Under the pieces are notes generated by a model that saw nothing but the letters and a program-made list of their open reading frames with translations, was not told the DNA's origin and searched no databases. This document shows positions 39,883-49,323 of a DNA stretch of 64,000 nt, in pieces. Each line of letters opens with the position of its first letter. Positions within the stretch are counted from its first letter, which is position 1. Position numbers and translations under genes: made by a program. The DNA lies in contig CAIKXM010000023.1 of assembly GCA_903831405.1 (NCBI GenBank), positions 1,381 to 65,380 of the forward strand. Reading direction: 5' to 3'. This DNA is from an uncultured bacterium (GTDB lineage Bacteria > Babelota > Babeliae > Babelales > Babelaceae).

Positions 39883-39915
39883 TGTTCTTCCTTTTTTTTC
39901 TTTTTTTTCTTTTTT

Positions 39916-40989
39916 TTAACTCAAAAGACATTCTATCCAATTAAAAAATGGTCGAGGATCACTATTCAATACATCTTGATCAAAGAGTATGTATCGATCA
40001 GGATAATGATTTGCATACCATGCACCATTATCTAATTGATGTGACGTATAACTTGTTTTAAGCGGAATAAGGGCTGCTGTTTTTTTGAAAAATTCAAGTT
40101 CTGAGAGAGCTCCAGCACCACAGCGGCTTATAACGGCATTAGAGGCTTGATACACGAGTGCAATTTGTTCAATATATGGCGAAACAATGGCAGCAACATT
40201 ATAATGCGCATACAACATTCTCATGCGCTCACAATCACGCTGTCCACTTTGATGAATAATAAAAATATTTTCTACATTCTTTATTTCTTGCTGCTCTAAC
40301 CATCGCTCAATTAAATCATTAAGACCCTGAGACCCTTGCGATCCACCAACAATAAAAAGAATGCGTTTATTTTGATCTAATTTCAGCAATGAGCGAGCCT
40401 TCTCGCTTGACATTATCTCATCATCTCGAAAACGAATAGGATATTGTGTGACAAAAACAAGTGCAGAGGCTGGCAAATACCGTTTTGTTTCTTCAAAGCA
40501 TGCATAGACAGGTACTCCTCTTTTCGCAAGAAAATTCACTGCTTTGCCCGGAATAATATTAAATTCATACACTTCATAAGATATTCGCAATAAGCGAGCA
40601 GCCAACCACACCGGTAGAGATAGTAATGCGCCCATACTTTTAATATGCGTCACTTTGTAGCGCCTAAGTGCAGAAAAACTTTCGAAAAAAGATTTTATAA
40701 AATAATAGATCCAAGGAATAAGCATAACGTGTAGACCAGGGAAAGCGCGTATACTCAAAGGTACATGATTTATCCATTTATAGGGTCGCACGAGCTGGCA
40801 GTCGAGCTCTTTCTTTGTAGTCATAAATATAATACGCGCACCAGTTACTTCAAAGAATTTTTGTGCGTACGTAAGTCCGGGGATTATATGGCCACCAGAA
40901 CCTCCCGCAACAAAGCATATAACCGTATTTTGTTTGTCATTTTTACAATAATTCATAAAACACATTTTATTAAGAAATTTTTTAAACAT
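39916..40989 (-). CDS. murG: undecaprenyldiphospho-muramoylpentapeptide beta-N-acetylglucosaminyltransferase
   Basis: G-loop AGGSGGHIIPGL and C-terminal VISRCGAGALSELEF. The real start is probably an internal ATG (40965 or 40956), since 40989 overlaps the upstream gene. Confidence 0.85.
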   Translation of the reverse strand: MFKKFLNKMCFMNYCKNDKQNTVICFVAGGSGGHIIPGLTYAQKFFEVTGARIIFMTTKKELDCQLVRPYKWINHVPLSIRAFPGLHVMLIPWIYYFIKSFFESFSALRRYKVTHIKSMGALLSLPVWLAARLLRISYEVYEFNIIPGKAVNFLAKRGVPVYACFEETKRYLPASALVFVTQYPIRFRDDEIMSSEKARSLLKLDQNKRILFIVGGSQGSQGLNDLIERWLEQQEIKNVENIFIIHQSGQRDCERMRMLYAHYNVAAIVSPYIEQIALVYQASNAVISRCGAGALSELEFFKKTAALIPLKTSYTSHQLDNGAWYANHYPDRYILFDQDVLNSDPRPFFNWIECLLS

Positions 40990-41390
40990 TCTTGTAATTC
41001 ACGATCTTCTACGCAATCAAGAGCCTCTTTTTCTTTTGCCCGTATTGTACGTTGCTCTTTATTTGATGAACCAATTGCAGGAATAATACTACTACCAATA
41101 GGATCTTTTTTTATTCCTATAAAATTAAATCTCATATCATATCCACTCACCTGCGGGTAATGGCGAGCTATTGATGCAACAATCTCTGAGCGCATATAAA
41201 AAAGCTCTTGCATCAAATGATAGTCATATACACGAGCGTAAATAAACTTGTTATCAATGCGCTCACAACTCATATATTCACTTAATCGACCTACTACCTT
41301 GACCCAATCAATCATAATATTCTGCTTCCATCCAGCCGTTTTTGCAAAATAATCAACAAGCAATGTTCCAAGTGTTTGATATGAATTCAT
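40953..41390 (-). CDS. DUF721/DciA-like protein
   Basis: WVKVVGRLSEYMSCERIDNKFIYARVYDYHLMQELFYMRSEIVASI fits the DciA pattern WxxxVG...L.V.V.s..w..EL. ATG 41390 avoids overlap with holB. Pattern only. Confidence 0.45.
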   Translation of the reverse strand: MNSYQTLGTLLVDYFAKTAGWKQNIMIDWVKVVGRLSEYMSCERIDNKFIYARVYDYHLMQELFYMRSEIVASIARHYPQVSGYDMRFNFIGIKKDPIGSSIIPAIGSSNKEQRTIRAKEKEALDCVEDRELQECLKNFLIKCVL

Positions 41391-41430
41391 AGAAATAGTA
41401 TCCCAGTTCGAAAAAACAAGTCGAAAAAAA

Positions 41431-42135
41431 TTATATAACCAAATAAACATATCGTAAAAAAGCTTCACTGCCACCAGGCATTGGCATCTTATCATACAAC
41501 AAAAAAAGTTTATTCAAAACTGCAGGAGAAGCACCATACATAGTCATTCTATCTATCAATGCATCAATAATATTCTTTATAGACGAGATATCAATCTTAT
41601 TTGTTGCAAGTAGTTGCTCAAACACCTCAACAGAAGTTATTCTCTTTTCTCTATCAATCATAAGCAATTGGGTAAATTCATCCACAAAAAGCTGGTAATT
41701 TTCATCGCAACAACCATCAACGCCACTATCAAACACCGTAGCACGCGATACAATGGTGGGTAAAAAAAGATGTTTATGTTCGCCAAGTAATAAAAAATAA
41801 TACTGTTGTGGCGGTTCTTCCAAAAGCGTTAAAAAAGCATGCGCACAGAGAGAAGGCATGCGATCAGCATGTTCTATAATGCAATAGGTTGCACAAGCCC
41901 CAACACAACTAATACGATGCAGGAAAGCATCAATATCAGCCATGCGATACGTTTCTGCCGATGGACGTATATACATAACTTGTTTATGTTGTTTATCAAA
42001 TAAGAGCTCTTTTTCTGCACACACATCTTGGGAGCAACCGCATATTGTTTCATGCAGAAGAGCAGCTATATGTTCATGAGTTCTTTGTGCACTGCCAATC
42101 CATATGCTTGATCGTGGCATAATTGTATTATTCAT
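41431..42135 (-). CDS. holB: DNA polymerase III delta-prime subunit
   Basis: AFLTLLEEPPQQYYFLLLGEHKHLFLPTIVSRATVF matches the clamp-loader sensor region. It lies directly downstream of tmk, as in many bacteria. Confidence 0.75.
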   Translation of the reverse strand: MNNTIMPRSSIWIGSAQRTHEHIAALLHETICGCSQDVCAEKELLFDKQHKQVMYIRPSAETYRMADIDAFLHRISCVGACATYCIIEHADRMPSLCAHAFLTLLEEPPQQYYFLLLGEHKHLFLPTIVSRATVFDSGVDGCCDENYQLFVDEFTQLLMIDREKRITSVEVFEQLLATNKIDISSIKNIIDALIDRMTMYGASPAVLNKLFLLYDKMPMPGGSEAFLRYVYLVI

Positions 42136-42764
42136 TTGCGCTCTATTTCATGAGTTATACAATCCACAACAATTCTTGCAAGCTCATCTAATGGCAATAG
42201 CGCATCAACAACACATGCATCATCACGATCAGCTGTATATAATCTTTGGTAACCTTTGCACACCGCATCAAAAAAAGAATCATCTGCTCTATCATATTGA
42301 TCATTATTATTTCGCTGTGCACGTCTCTTTGCCGCATCTTGCGAAGATATAGAACAAAAAATAGTAAGATTAGGTTTGTAGATACCAATACTATACTCAT
42401 GCACCTGCCCTATAAAGTTAGTATCAACTCCCTCTACATATCCCTGATACACAAGCGATGAGTCGCTCATGCGATCACAGAGAATAAGAGCACCGCTCTC
42501 TAGAGCAGGAATAATCACATCATGCATGTGTTGCGCTCTATCGGCAGCAAATAACAAAAATTTTGCCAATGGCGTTATTACTCCATCTGTTTGCATAATG
42601 GTACTATACAATGTTCGTCCCAGAGAACTTCCACCAGGTTGTTTGGTGATAACAATATTAGCATATTGCAAGCGTAATAGTTTTTCGCACGCTCTTATGA
42701 GCGTTGTCTTACCACAGCCATCAACGCCCTCAAATGCTACCAAATATCCTGTTCGATGCTTCAT
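42132..42764 (-). CDS. tmk: thymidylate kinase
   Basis: P-loop FEGVDGCGKTT, DRMSDSSLVYQG (DRY-like) and a lid region. Confidence 0.92.
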   Translation of the reverse strand: MKHRTGYLVAFEGVDGCGKTTLIRACEKLLRLQYANIVITKQPGGSSLGRTLYSTIMQTDGVITPLAKFLLFAADRAQHMHDVIIPALESGALILCDRMSDSSLVYQGYVEGVDTNFIGQVHEYSIGIYKPNLTIFCSISSQDAAKRRAQRNNNDQYDRADDSFFDAVCKGYQRLYTADRDDACVVDALLPLDELARIVVDCITHEIERK

Positions 42765-43280
42765 GTTATTTGTTTTATTCTTTCAAATCTATTTTTCATT
42801 CTTGTTATTTTGAAACATTAAATACACACGACCTGAAGGCCGTAAAATTCAGTTGCACAAACAAACTATCATTTTTTTTATTTCTATCTTTTGCATAAAA
42901 ACCACATTTTTACTCACCTACACTCTCTTATGCATGCATAGTAATAATTAAAAAATAAACATATCATGCATGCTCATCAGCAAGAGTTATACACACTTTT
43001 ATAGAAAATGTATTTGTGCAGAGATCTACTCTTCAAAAGATACCATGTTTACCAAGAGAGCGCCATGGGAATTCTATATAGAAAAAACCACACAAAAATA
43101 AAAACTCATAACAATATATTTCGGGACACTCTTATATGTTTTTATACATGCACAGTTTTTTTAATATTTGCCAACCTATAGGTACAAGCGTACTATACAA
43201 AGAAAGGTTTTAAAGAATTTTTCAGGCAATGTGGCCACTGTATTGGTATGGTATTTTTATATAGCAAAGGTGTGAAAAAC

Positions 43281-43760
43281 ATGAAAAAAAATATTTTGTT
43301 TGCTTTAGCAGCATTAGTAACTTTTTTTTCTATACAAACAATACATAGTATGCAAGAAGAAGAAAAACATGAAAAGCTTCCGGCATTAACTCGAAACAAA
43401 GATCTTATGCAAAAATTAGCTCATAATGACTTAATTGAGGCAATTCGTAATGATCAAATGACCGAAGTAGAATCGCTCATCGCTTCGGGCGTCGACATAC
43501 AATACAGGGATCATAATGGACATACGGCTCTCCATGAAGCAATAAAACAACTTAATACAAATATAATCATATTATTGTTACGGTATGGTGCCAATACAGA
43601 GATATCCAGCGGCACTGATGAGAGCATACTGTCATATGCAGATAGTATATCAGCAATAGAACGATTACAATCTTTGCAAAGCCCAAGCAGTCCCCAGCGC
43701 ACTATTATTGCACGTAATATTGTTGTACTTCTCTCAAAGTATGGTGCGCGTCGGGATTAG
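43281..43760 (+). CDS. secreted ankyrin-repeat protein
   Basis: ATG 43281 follows AAGGTG. The signal peptide ends ..IQTIHSM|QEEE. ANK repeats include GHTALHEAIKQLNTNIIILLLRYGAN. Confidence 0.8.
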   Translation: MKKNILFALAALVTFFSIQTIHSMQEEEKHEKLPALTRNKDLMQKLAHNDLIEAIRNDQMTEVESLIASGVDIQYRDHNGHTALHEAIKQLNTNIIILLLRYGANTEISSGTDESILSYADSISAIERLQSLQSPSSPQRTIIARNIVVLLSKYGARRD

Positions 43761-43766
43761 CAAACA

Positions 43767-43877
43767 TATAGCCGGCTTCTTTTAGTTTTGCAAAATTTAC
43801 TGTTCTAAAATTGTTTCTGATAAAACTTTTAGATTGTGTGAAAAATAAAAGACTAAGCTAATCTCTCTATAGTATAT
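43767..43877 (+). repeat. intergenic element family 1, copy C
   Basis: atatagccggcttcttttagttttgcaaaatttactgttctaaaattgtttctgataaaacttttagattgtgtgaaaaataaaagactaagctaatctctctatagtatat. Confidence 0.75.
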
Positions 43878-43912
43878 TTTTATAAAAACTACGTAGATAA
43901 AAGGTAAAAATC

Positions 43913-44128
43913 ATGCTTTCAAAAAAATGCATACGCTCAATTAGTATCAAGCCCGGCTGCATTGGATGCAGGGCATGCGCTTTTTATGCCCCTGAAATAT
44001 TTATCGTTGAGAAAAAATCAACCGTTAAACCAAACCTCAGCAGCGAAACGTTATGTATACAGCATGATGCTATTATACAAGCAGTACAGCATTGCCCAGT
44101 AAAAGTTATTGTCGTAGAAGAAGTGTAA
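43913..44128 (+). CDS. small single-cluster ferredoxin
   Basis: CIGCRAC ... CP cysteine pattern in 71 aa. Confidence 0.6.
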   Translation: MLSKKCIRSISIKPGCIGCRACAFYAPEIFIVEKKSTVKPNLSSETLCIQHDAIIQAVQHCPVKVIVVEEV

Positions 44129-44144
44129 TACAGTAAAAAACAGA

Positions 44145-44230
44145 TTAGTTTTATACAAATAGCATAACAGTAAAATACACTACTCAGAGCGCCAATGCTA
44201 TTTTTATATATGTGTACGACTCAATGAAGC
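44145..44230 (+). repeat. intergenic element family 3, copy 2
   Basis: ttagttttatacaaatagcataacagtaaaatacactactcagagcgccaatgctatttttatatatgtgtacgactcaatgaag. Confidence 0.7.
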
Positions 44231-44342
44231 CTACTGTATATGAGCTTGAAACTGTTCCAAACCATACAGCCACTGTTACTATATGTAGATTATCAGTACA
44301 ATATATGTACGTTATTTTGTAATAATAACTGCTTTTATTATT

Positions 44343-45050
44343 TTACGAAACATACAGCGTAAATGGCTTTGCTATATCAACAAAAGAACCCGCAAGAGGT
44401 CTTTGTTCATGTATGACAAATTCATTGTCTACGCGTTGTATTGTTTCCCTTTGACCATCCAATACCTTTATCTCTATATCATAGGCAGCAAGAGCATTAC
44501 GTGCCCCTGCGAGCGTACTTCCAATAAAGGAGGGTAAAATACGTAATGTTTGTTCACCTGCCGCAATATACGCATGCGCCTTTTGATCACGAACAAGAGC
44601 TCCACTGCGTGGAAATAGTGCAAGCACACTTCCTTTTGGCAACGAAGAGGGAAGAGCATATTGAATAAGTTGAATGTGATTTTTTTGCAATTCTGCAGCG
44701 GCTTCTTCAGCAAGCACCCTATCAAAAACAGGCATGCGTGGCAGTTCATCTTTTTTTGATAATACTAAATACATTGATTGATAGGCTTTAATCTTTTGTC
44801 CGGGAAGTGGTTTTTGATGTAAAATAGTACCACTCGGCAATTCATTATGCACTTGTTCTGAGACAATACGAATATTGAGCGGATAGGATGATATAGGCGC
44901 GGCAGCATCTTGAATACGCTCGCCAATAAAAGAAGGGCACGTAAACGTTTTTTGAGTAAAAATATACGATGGAATAAGATATCCAACCAAAAAACAACAA
45001 AAGGGCGCCAGACAAATAGCTATAAGAAAAAGAATTCGACGAGTAGTCAT
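44343..45050 (-). CDS. membrane-anchored protein with three PASTA-like domains
   Basis: N-terminal TM helix, then three ~65-aa units. They begin PSFIGERIQDAAA, MPVFDRVLAEEAAAEL and LPSFIGSTLAGARNAL, and end in ..G..v......LvlS-type strands. Confidence 0.6.
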   Translation of the reverse strand: MTTRRILFLIAICLAPFCCFLVGYLIPSYIFTQKTFTCPSFIGERIQDAAAPISSYPLNIRIVSEQVHNELPSGTILHQKPLPGQKIKAYQSMYLVLSKKDELPRMPVFDRVLAEEAAAELQKNHIQLIQYALPSSLPKGSVLALFPRSGALVRDQKAHAYIAAGEQTLRILPSFIGSTLAGARNALAAYDIEIKVLDGQRETIQRVDNEFVIHEQRPLAGSFVDIAKPFTLYVS

Positions 45051-45127
45051 ATGTTTTTATATACTTTGACAAAAAGGTAAAAAACTCTTTTTTTGATTCT
45101 TGCTGGTAGCGGTAATTAAAAAAAATA

Positions 45128-45535
45128 GGGGTGAGCTATAAGCCGGATTCTGTAAAAGCAGAATTTAAATTAAAAACTGTTTTTTGGCAACCATTTATCT
45201 AGTGCGATATACCCGTGCATTATGTGGAACTTAACAAAAACCAACGCACTGTTTTATCTTGCTCCTGGTAGGGTTTGCACATGCAAGTAATATTACTATT
45301 ATGCATTGGATGCTCTTACCATCCATTTTCACCCTTACCCTCATCCGCTATATACGAATATATAACAGAAAAAAGGCGGTTTTTTTCTGTTGCACTAGTC
45401 CATGAGCTTACGCTCTCCTTGATTGCCCAAGGTACCATTGTTAAGTTGTGGAGTCCGGACTTTCCTCATCATCATAATTATACCGCCCTTTTTACAGAGC
45501 TGTATGTTATTAATAACGCGATTGCCCACTCACCC
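45128..45535 (-). ncRNA. rnpB: RNase P RNA, bacterial type A
   Basis: The reverse strand carries GAGGAAAGTCCGGACTCCACA, AGTGCAACAGAAA, GGGTAAGGGTGAAAATGGATGGTAAGAGCATCC, CCAGGAGCAAGATAAAA, CTAGATAAATGG and ACAGAATCCGGCTTATAGCTCACCCC. P1 pairs GGGTGAG with CTCACCC. Confidence 0.93.
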
Positions 45536-45625
45536 ATATATTTGTTTGTTTTTTATTCATATAATTAGTATATCATAACTGCACTATATGATCAATAAAT
45601 GCTTTTTTATATATTGAATTATTAC

Positions 45626-46573
45626 TTATACAAATGTGATAATCAATGCAATTATAAAACCATAGATCGCATTCGTATCAACAAACACTTGCCCAAGCAA
45701 ACTTATTTTAGAGAGCATCGGATGCTTATCTGGATACAGGGTAATATTTGTACAAGCTGCCCCAGAAACATTTCCTGATGCTATTCCCGTACCAATAGTA
45801 CTCAGTCCCATAGCAAATGCACTCGCAAGTGCCTTATAGCCACTAATAGGAGAGAAAAATCCTGCCGCGGGAAGCGTAGCAAGAAGAAGTCCAATAAGAA
45901 ATGAAAATAAAATAGGTGTCTCGATCAAAGCCTGACTAATAAAGGTGAATGAAATAATTTTTGCATATGATCGCTTGTTAATTCCAATGCTTTTGCATGA
46001 AGCTTGGGCAAATGAGCTCAATCCAATGATCGGCCCAATCGCACCAATTCCCATCACTATACCACTTGCAAGAAGCGTTAGCGCGAGAGAGAGTTGCGCC
46101 TGCGCACTCTGCATGATAATAACCCAGCTAATAATAAAGCCAAAAATTACTGGCGTCTGAATAAGCGAGAGGGTTATCAGTACAAGATTCATCATTTTTG
46201 TATGCTCAAAAGGTTCACGTGCTATAGCTATAATCGCATTTTGAGCCGGTTGAGCAGAACAAATTCCAATAACAAATCCACAGATACCTATAGCAAATAT
46301 AATGCCGCAGTGAGCAATTGCTTGATATACGGTTCCCGGAACTTTTAAACTCAACATCATGCTAATAATCAACGCTATGATCATTGTTGCTTCGATAACA
46401 GCGCTGCTAATAAAGTAAATTTTTCTAATCGCATTTGTAGCCTGAGGCTGTGTTTGCAACATATTAAGAGTAGTTGAATTAATTCGCCCCTGAGCAATGC
46501 TAACGCCTATTGCAGGAAGCACAAGAGCTGCTACTGCTGCAGTATAATGCAGCGCTGAAATAATAAGATCCAT
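45626..46573 (-). CDS. atpE: ATP synthase Fo c subunit, four hairpins fused (8 TM helices)
   Basis: Four consecutive helix-loop-helix units. The loops are TQPQ, REPFE, NKRSY and YPDKH. The helix-2 ion sites are IEATMI, LIQTPVI, LIETPIL and FVDTNAIYG. It is immediately downstream of atpB. Confidence 0.75.
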   Translation of the reverse strand: MDLIISALHYTAAVAALVLPAIGVSIAQGRINSTTLNMLQTQPQATNAIRKIYFISSAVIEATMIIALIISMMLSLKVPGTVYQAIAHCGIIFAIGICGFVIGICSAQPAQNAIIAIAREPFEHTKMMNLVLITLSLIQTPVIFGFIISWVIIMQSAQAQLSLALTLLASGIVMGIGAIGPIIGLSSFAQASCKSIGINKRSYAKIISFTFISQALIETPILFSFLIGLLLATLPAAGFFSPISGYKALASAFAMGLSTIGTGIASGNVSGAACTNITLYPDKHPMLSKISLLGQVFVDTNAIYGFIIALIITFV

Positions 46574-46600
46574 ATGAGTGTGCGCCCTTCTACTTTTTTG

Positions 46601-47410
46601 TTAATGTTCTGAGCTAAGACCAATACCAAGATAGGTTATACTGAGTGTCGAAAAAACAAATGCTTGAATAAAACCTTCAAAAAGACCAAAGAAAAAAATT
46701 AAAACAAGATTAAGACCACTGGCGATACCTATGATCTGCCAAATATAATGACTGTTAAGCAAGATCTTCCACAAACCCACGATCACAGACCCACCAAAAA
46801 TGTTTCCATACAGACGAAATGAAAGCGATATAACCGAGGCTAACTTACTGAGAAGCTCCAGAGGAAATGATAGGATAGCAGTAATAGTATTTATAATTAC
46901 TTTAACAACAAGAAATAGTATAGAAAAAATGCTGTATGAATGCATAGTCGTTGGCAATGGTGTCATGATAAAACCATGCACATACTGCATAAACCCTTGT
47001 GCTTTATAAGCCTCTTTTTGCGTGTAAAAAAATGAAATTAATGCAAGAGCAATCGTTGTATTAATATCTTTGGTAGGCTCTTCGCATCCGGGAATAATCA
47101 TAATAATATTACAGAAAAAAATGTAGATAAAAATCGCTGCAATAAAAATACAATATCTCTCATCAAAGCGTTGTGTTGCCTGATGCACCATGTCCATAGC
47201 CATACCCACGCCTTTGAGCACAATAGTATTGCCAATTGACCCCGGCTTATACAGATAATAACGAGCAATAAGAGCCAGTATAGTGATAAGTACGATAGTT
47301 ATCCATGTAGATACTATTACATCTTTTTGGAGATAAAAAAAAGCATTTGTAATTCCAAGGGATTCAAAGGGCGTCCATTTTTGGGTATTAAAGAGATCAA
47401 AACCTTCCAT
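46601..47410 (-). CDS. atpB: ATP synthase Fo a subunit
   Basis: Essential Arg motif SLSFRLYGNIFGG and a multi-TM profile. ATG 47410 (MEGFDLF..) is preferred over the 40-codon upstream extension. Confidence 0.88.
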   Translation of the reverse strand: MEGFDLFNTQKWTPFESLGITNAFFYLQKDVIVSTWITIVLITILALIARYYLYKPGSIGNTIVLKGVGMAMDMVHQATQRFDERYCIFIAAIFIYIFFCNIIMIIPGCEEPTKDINTTIALALISFFYTQKEAYKAQGFMQYVHGFIMTPLPTTMHSYSIFSILFLVVKVIINTITAILSFPLELLSKLASVISLSFRLYGNIFGGSVIVGLWKILLNSHYIWQIIGIASGLNLVLIFFFGLFEGFIQAFVFSTLSITYLGIGLSSEH

Positions 47411-47655
47411 AATATGGTTGATCCTTACGGTAATAGGGTACAATGGCGAATGCAAATTTTTTATTAATACAGTAACGTATAGTATAGCCCTGACGTAGGG
47501 GTATGGAAAGAGCAATAACAACTCTTTCAAATAGAATTATTACAACATATTTATTGTTGTTTTTTTGTTTTTATCTTATTTGCCGAGTATATTGAATGAG
47601 TAAGATATAATAAAATTGAACTAAACTATATCTGTAGAGCCTACAATAAAACACT

Positions 47656-47766
47656 TACAGCAGATTCTTTTAGCTTTGCAAAACGTACTGCTTTTAAAAT
47701 CACTTCACGGCAAAACTAATAGAACAGTGTAAAAAAATGAAAGACTGTTATGAAGCTCGCTATACA
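47656..47766 (+). repeat. intergenic element family 1, copy D
   Basis: acagcagattcttttagctttgcaaaacgtactgcttttaaaatcacttcacggcaaaactaatagaacagtgtaaaaaaatgaaagactgttatgaagctcgctataca. Confidence 0.75.
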
Positions 47767-47795
47767 ATAAATTTTTAAAACTGAAAGCCATAGCT

Positions 47796-49013
47796 ATGAA
47801 AAATTGCAAACTATTTTCAACACTGTTGGTAAGCTTAGTATGTATACACACTATTGCTCACTCGTACCAGATGCCTGTAAAAATGTATACGATTGCACCG
47901 AATTTTCGAGTAAACATAACACCAAGACAAATGCTTATTGGCGGCTGCGTGATAGCGGGAACTTTTCTTACACTATGGCTCGCCAAAAAGACACATTCAA
48001 CATATAAAGCCTATGCTATTAAAAAGCAGGAAGAAAAACAACGATATGAAATGCGTCTGGATAACTGTTTGCCAACACCTCCACCGCTTCCTCTTGCTGC
48101 CATTGGCCAACAGGCTCAAACGTCTGCGCTCGAAGGTATAACACTCGAACATCTTGAAAAATTTTTCAACACAATTTGCTTCGACGACCAACAAAGTGAG
48201 CAAACTTCTTTTGAGACTATGTGTCAAAAAGCAAACGACCGCATTGTACTATTCGAAAAGCACTGCTTTTTGCATTATGCGCATAAAATATGCATAGATA
48301 ATGGCAACAGACTATCTCAACTACACAATATGTTATGTAAAGAATATCGTGGCACACTGCAAGCATTTGCCTTGCTCAAGGGTATAGAAGGAACAAAAAA
48401 AATTAAGCTCATCGTTACTCCTTTGTATATACCGGCAAATCTTCGAGTAACAACCACACCAGGAATAGACCTACCCCAAGAGTCTACTGCTGACTTTGTA
48501 GTACGACGATTATGTAATAATAAATATATTGCCGCTGCTGATTATGTATATTCTATTATAGAGCGTATTGATACCTTGCAAAAAAGTTATTCAAAAATAG
48601 ATCTACAGCCATCCACTAAGCCTACAGAACAAATAATGCTCGAAGAATTTTCTACTTCTATTTTTGAACAAATAGATATATATAAAAACACTTTACTTGA
48701 TGTACATGCAGCGCTTATACAAAATCCTCTTTACATAAGAGAAATTGAGTTGCGCAATCAGGAGCGTGAATTAGCTGCACGTATAGAAGCAGAGCGCCAA
48801 AGAACTCAAGCCATAGAAAAACAAGCAGAAGCAACCCGACAACATACATACGCTATGACAAAACAAGCAATAGAAAGCACAGCAGCCACTATGCGACATA
48901 CGGAAGCACTTCGACAGCATACTGCAGCACAAGAAGAACACAATCGACTTGAGAGAACACGATTGCACCACACACCACAACAAGGACAACGCCATTTTGT
49001 TCCACAATTCTAA
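47796..49013 (+). CDS. hypothetical membrane-anchored protein with Q/E/R-rich coiled C-terminus (paralogue of 49324..50496)
   Basis: MKNCKLFSTLLVSLVCIHT leader, a TM helix, a conserved Cys-containing core, and a tail RNQERELAARIEAERQRTQAIEKQAEATRQHT. Confidence 0.6.
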   Translation: MKNCKLFSTLLVSLVCIHTIAHSYQMPVKMYTIAPNFRVNITPRQMLIGGCVIAGTFLTLWLAKKTHSTYKAYAIKKQEEKQRYEMRLDNCLPTPPPLPLAAIGQQAQTSALEGITLEHLEKFFNTICFDDQQSEQTSFETMCQKANDRIVLFEKHCFLHYAHKICIDNGNRLSQLHNMLCKEYRGTLQAFALLKGIEGTKKIKLIVTPLYIPANLRVTTTPGIDLPQESTADFVVRRLCNNKYIAAADYVYSIIERIDTLQKSYSKIDLQPSTKPTEQIMLEEFSTSIFEQIDIYKNTLLDVHAALIQNPLYIREIELRNQERELAARIEAERQRTQAIEKQAEATRQHTYAMTKQAIESTAATMRHTEALRQHTAAQEEHNRLERTRLHHTPQQGQRHFVPQF

Positions 49014-49072
49014 GTAATCAAAACAAGATAATTGCATATAGCTGATCGTTAAAAGTATCAAGAAAAGTATCA

Positions 49073-49119
49073 AGCGGGGCATGAATAGTATGTTTACTAT
49101 TCATGCCCCGCTTTTTTTA
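49073..49119 (+). terminator. rho-independent terminator
   Basis: agcggggcatgaatagta pairs with tactattcatgccccgct across a 4-nt loop, followed by ttttttt. Confidence 0.9.
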
Positions 49120-49172
49120 TATTTTTTGTTATGTATATAAAATTTTTATACACTATATATGGTATAAAATGT

Positions 49173-49290
49173 CTATAGTCTGTTTCGCTATGATCTGCGT
49201 ACTAAGTTACAGGGGACATGTTTGAACAATAAGCTCTATGAGCAGATACATTGTACATAAAACCAAAAGAATCTTGCTATACGTACTATG
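49173..49290 (+). repeat. intergenic element family 2, copy 2
   Basis: ctatagtctgtttcgctatgatctgcgt...aaaagaatcttgctatacgtactatg aligns with 24412..24524. Confidence 0.6.
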
Positions 49291-49323
49291 GGTAGTTAAT
49301 TTTTAGACTGAAAGCATGCTAAA

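Noticed and set aside
43767-43877. Reading the family 1 element as a simple sigma70 promoter (TTGCAA … TAAAAT)
   Set aside because: The hexamers are only about 13 nt apart in every copy. The clear ssrA promoter in this window uses a canonical 17-nt spacer, so a plain promoter interpretation does not fit.
45275-45568. 97-aa plus-strand ORF
   Set aside because: It is antisense to RNase P RNA and contained within it.
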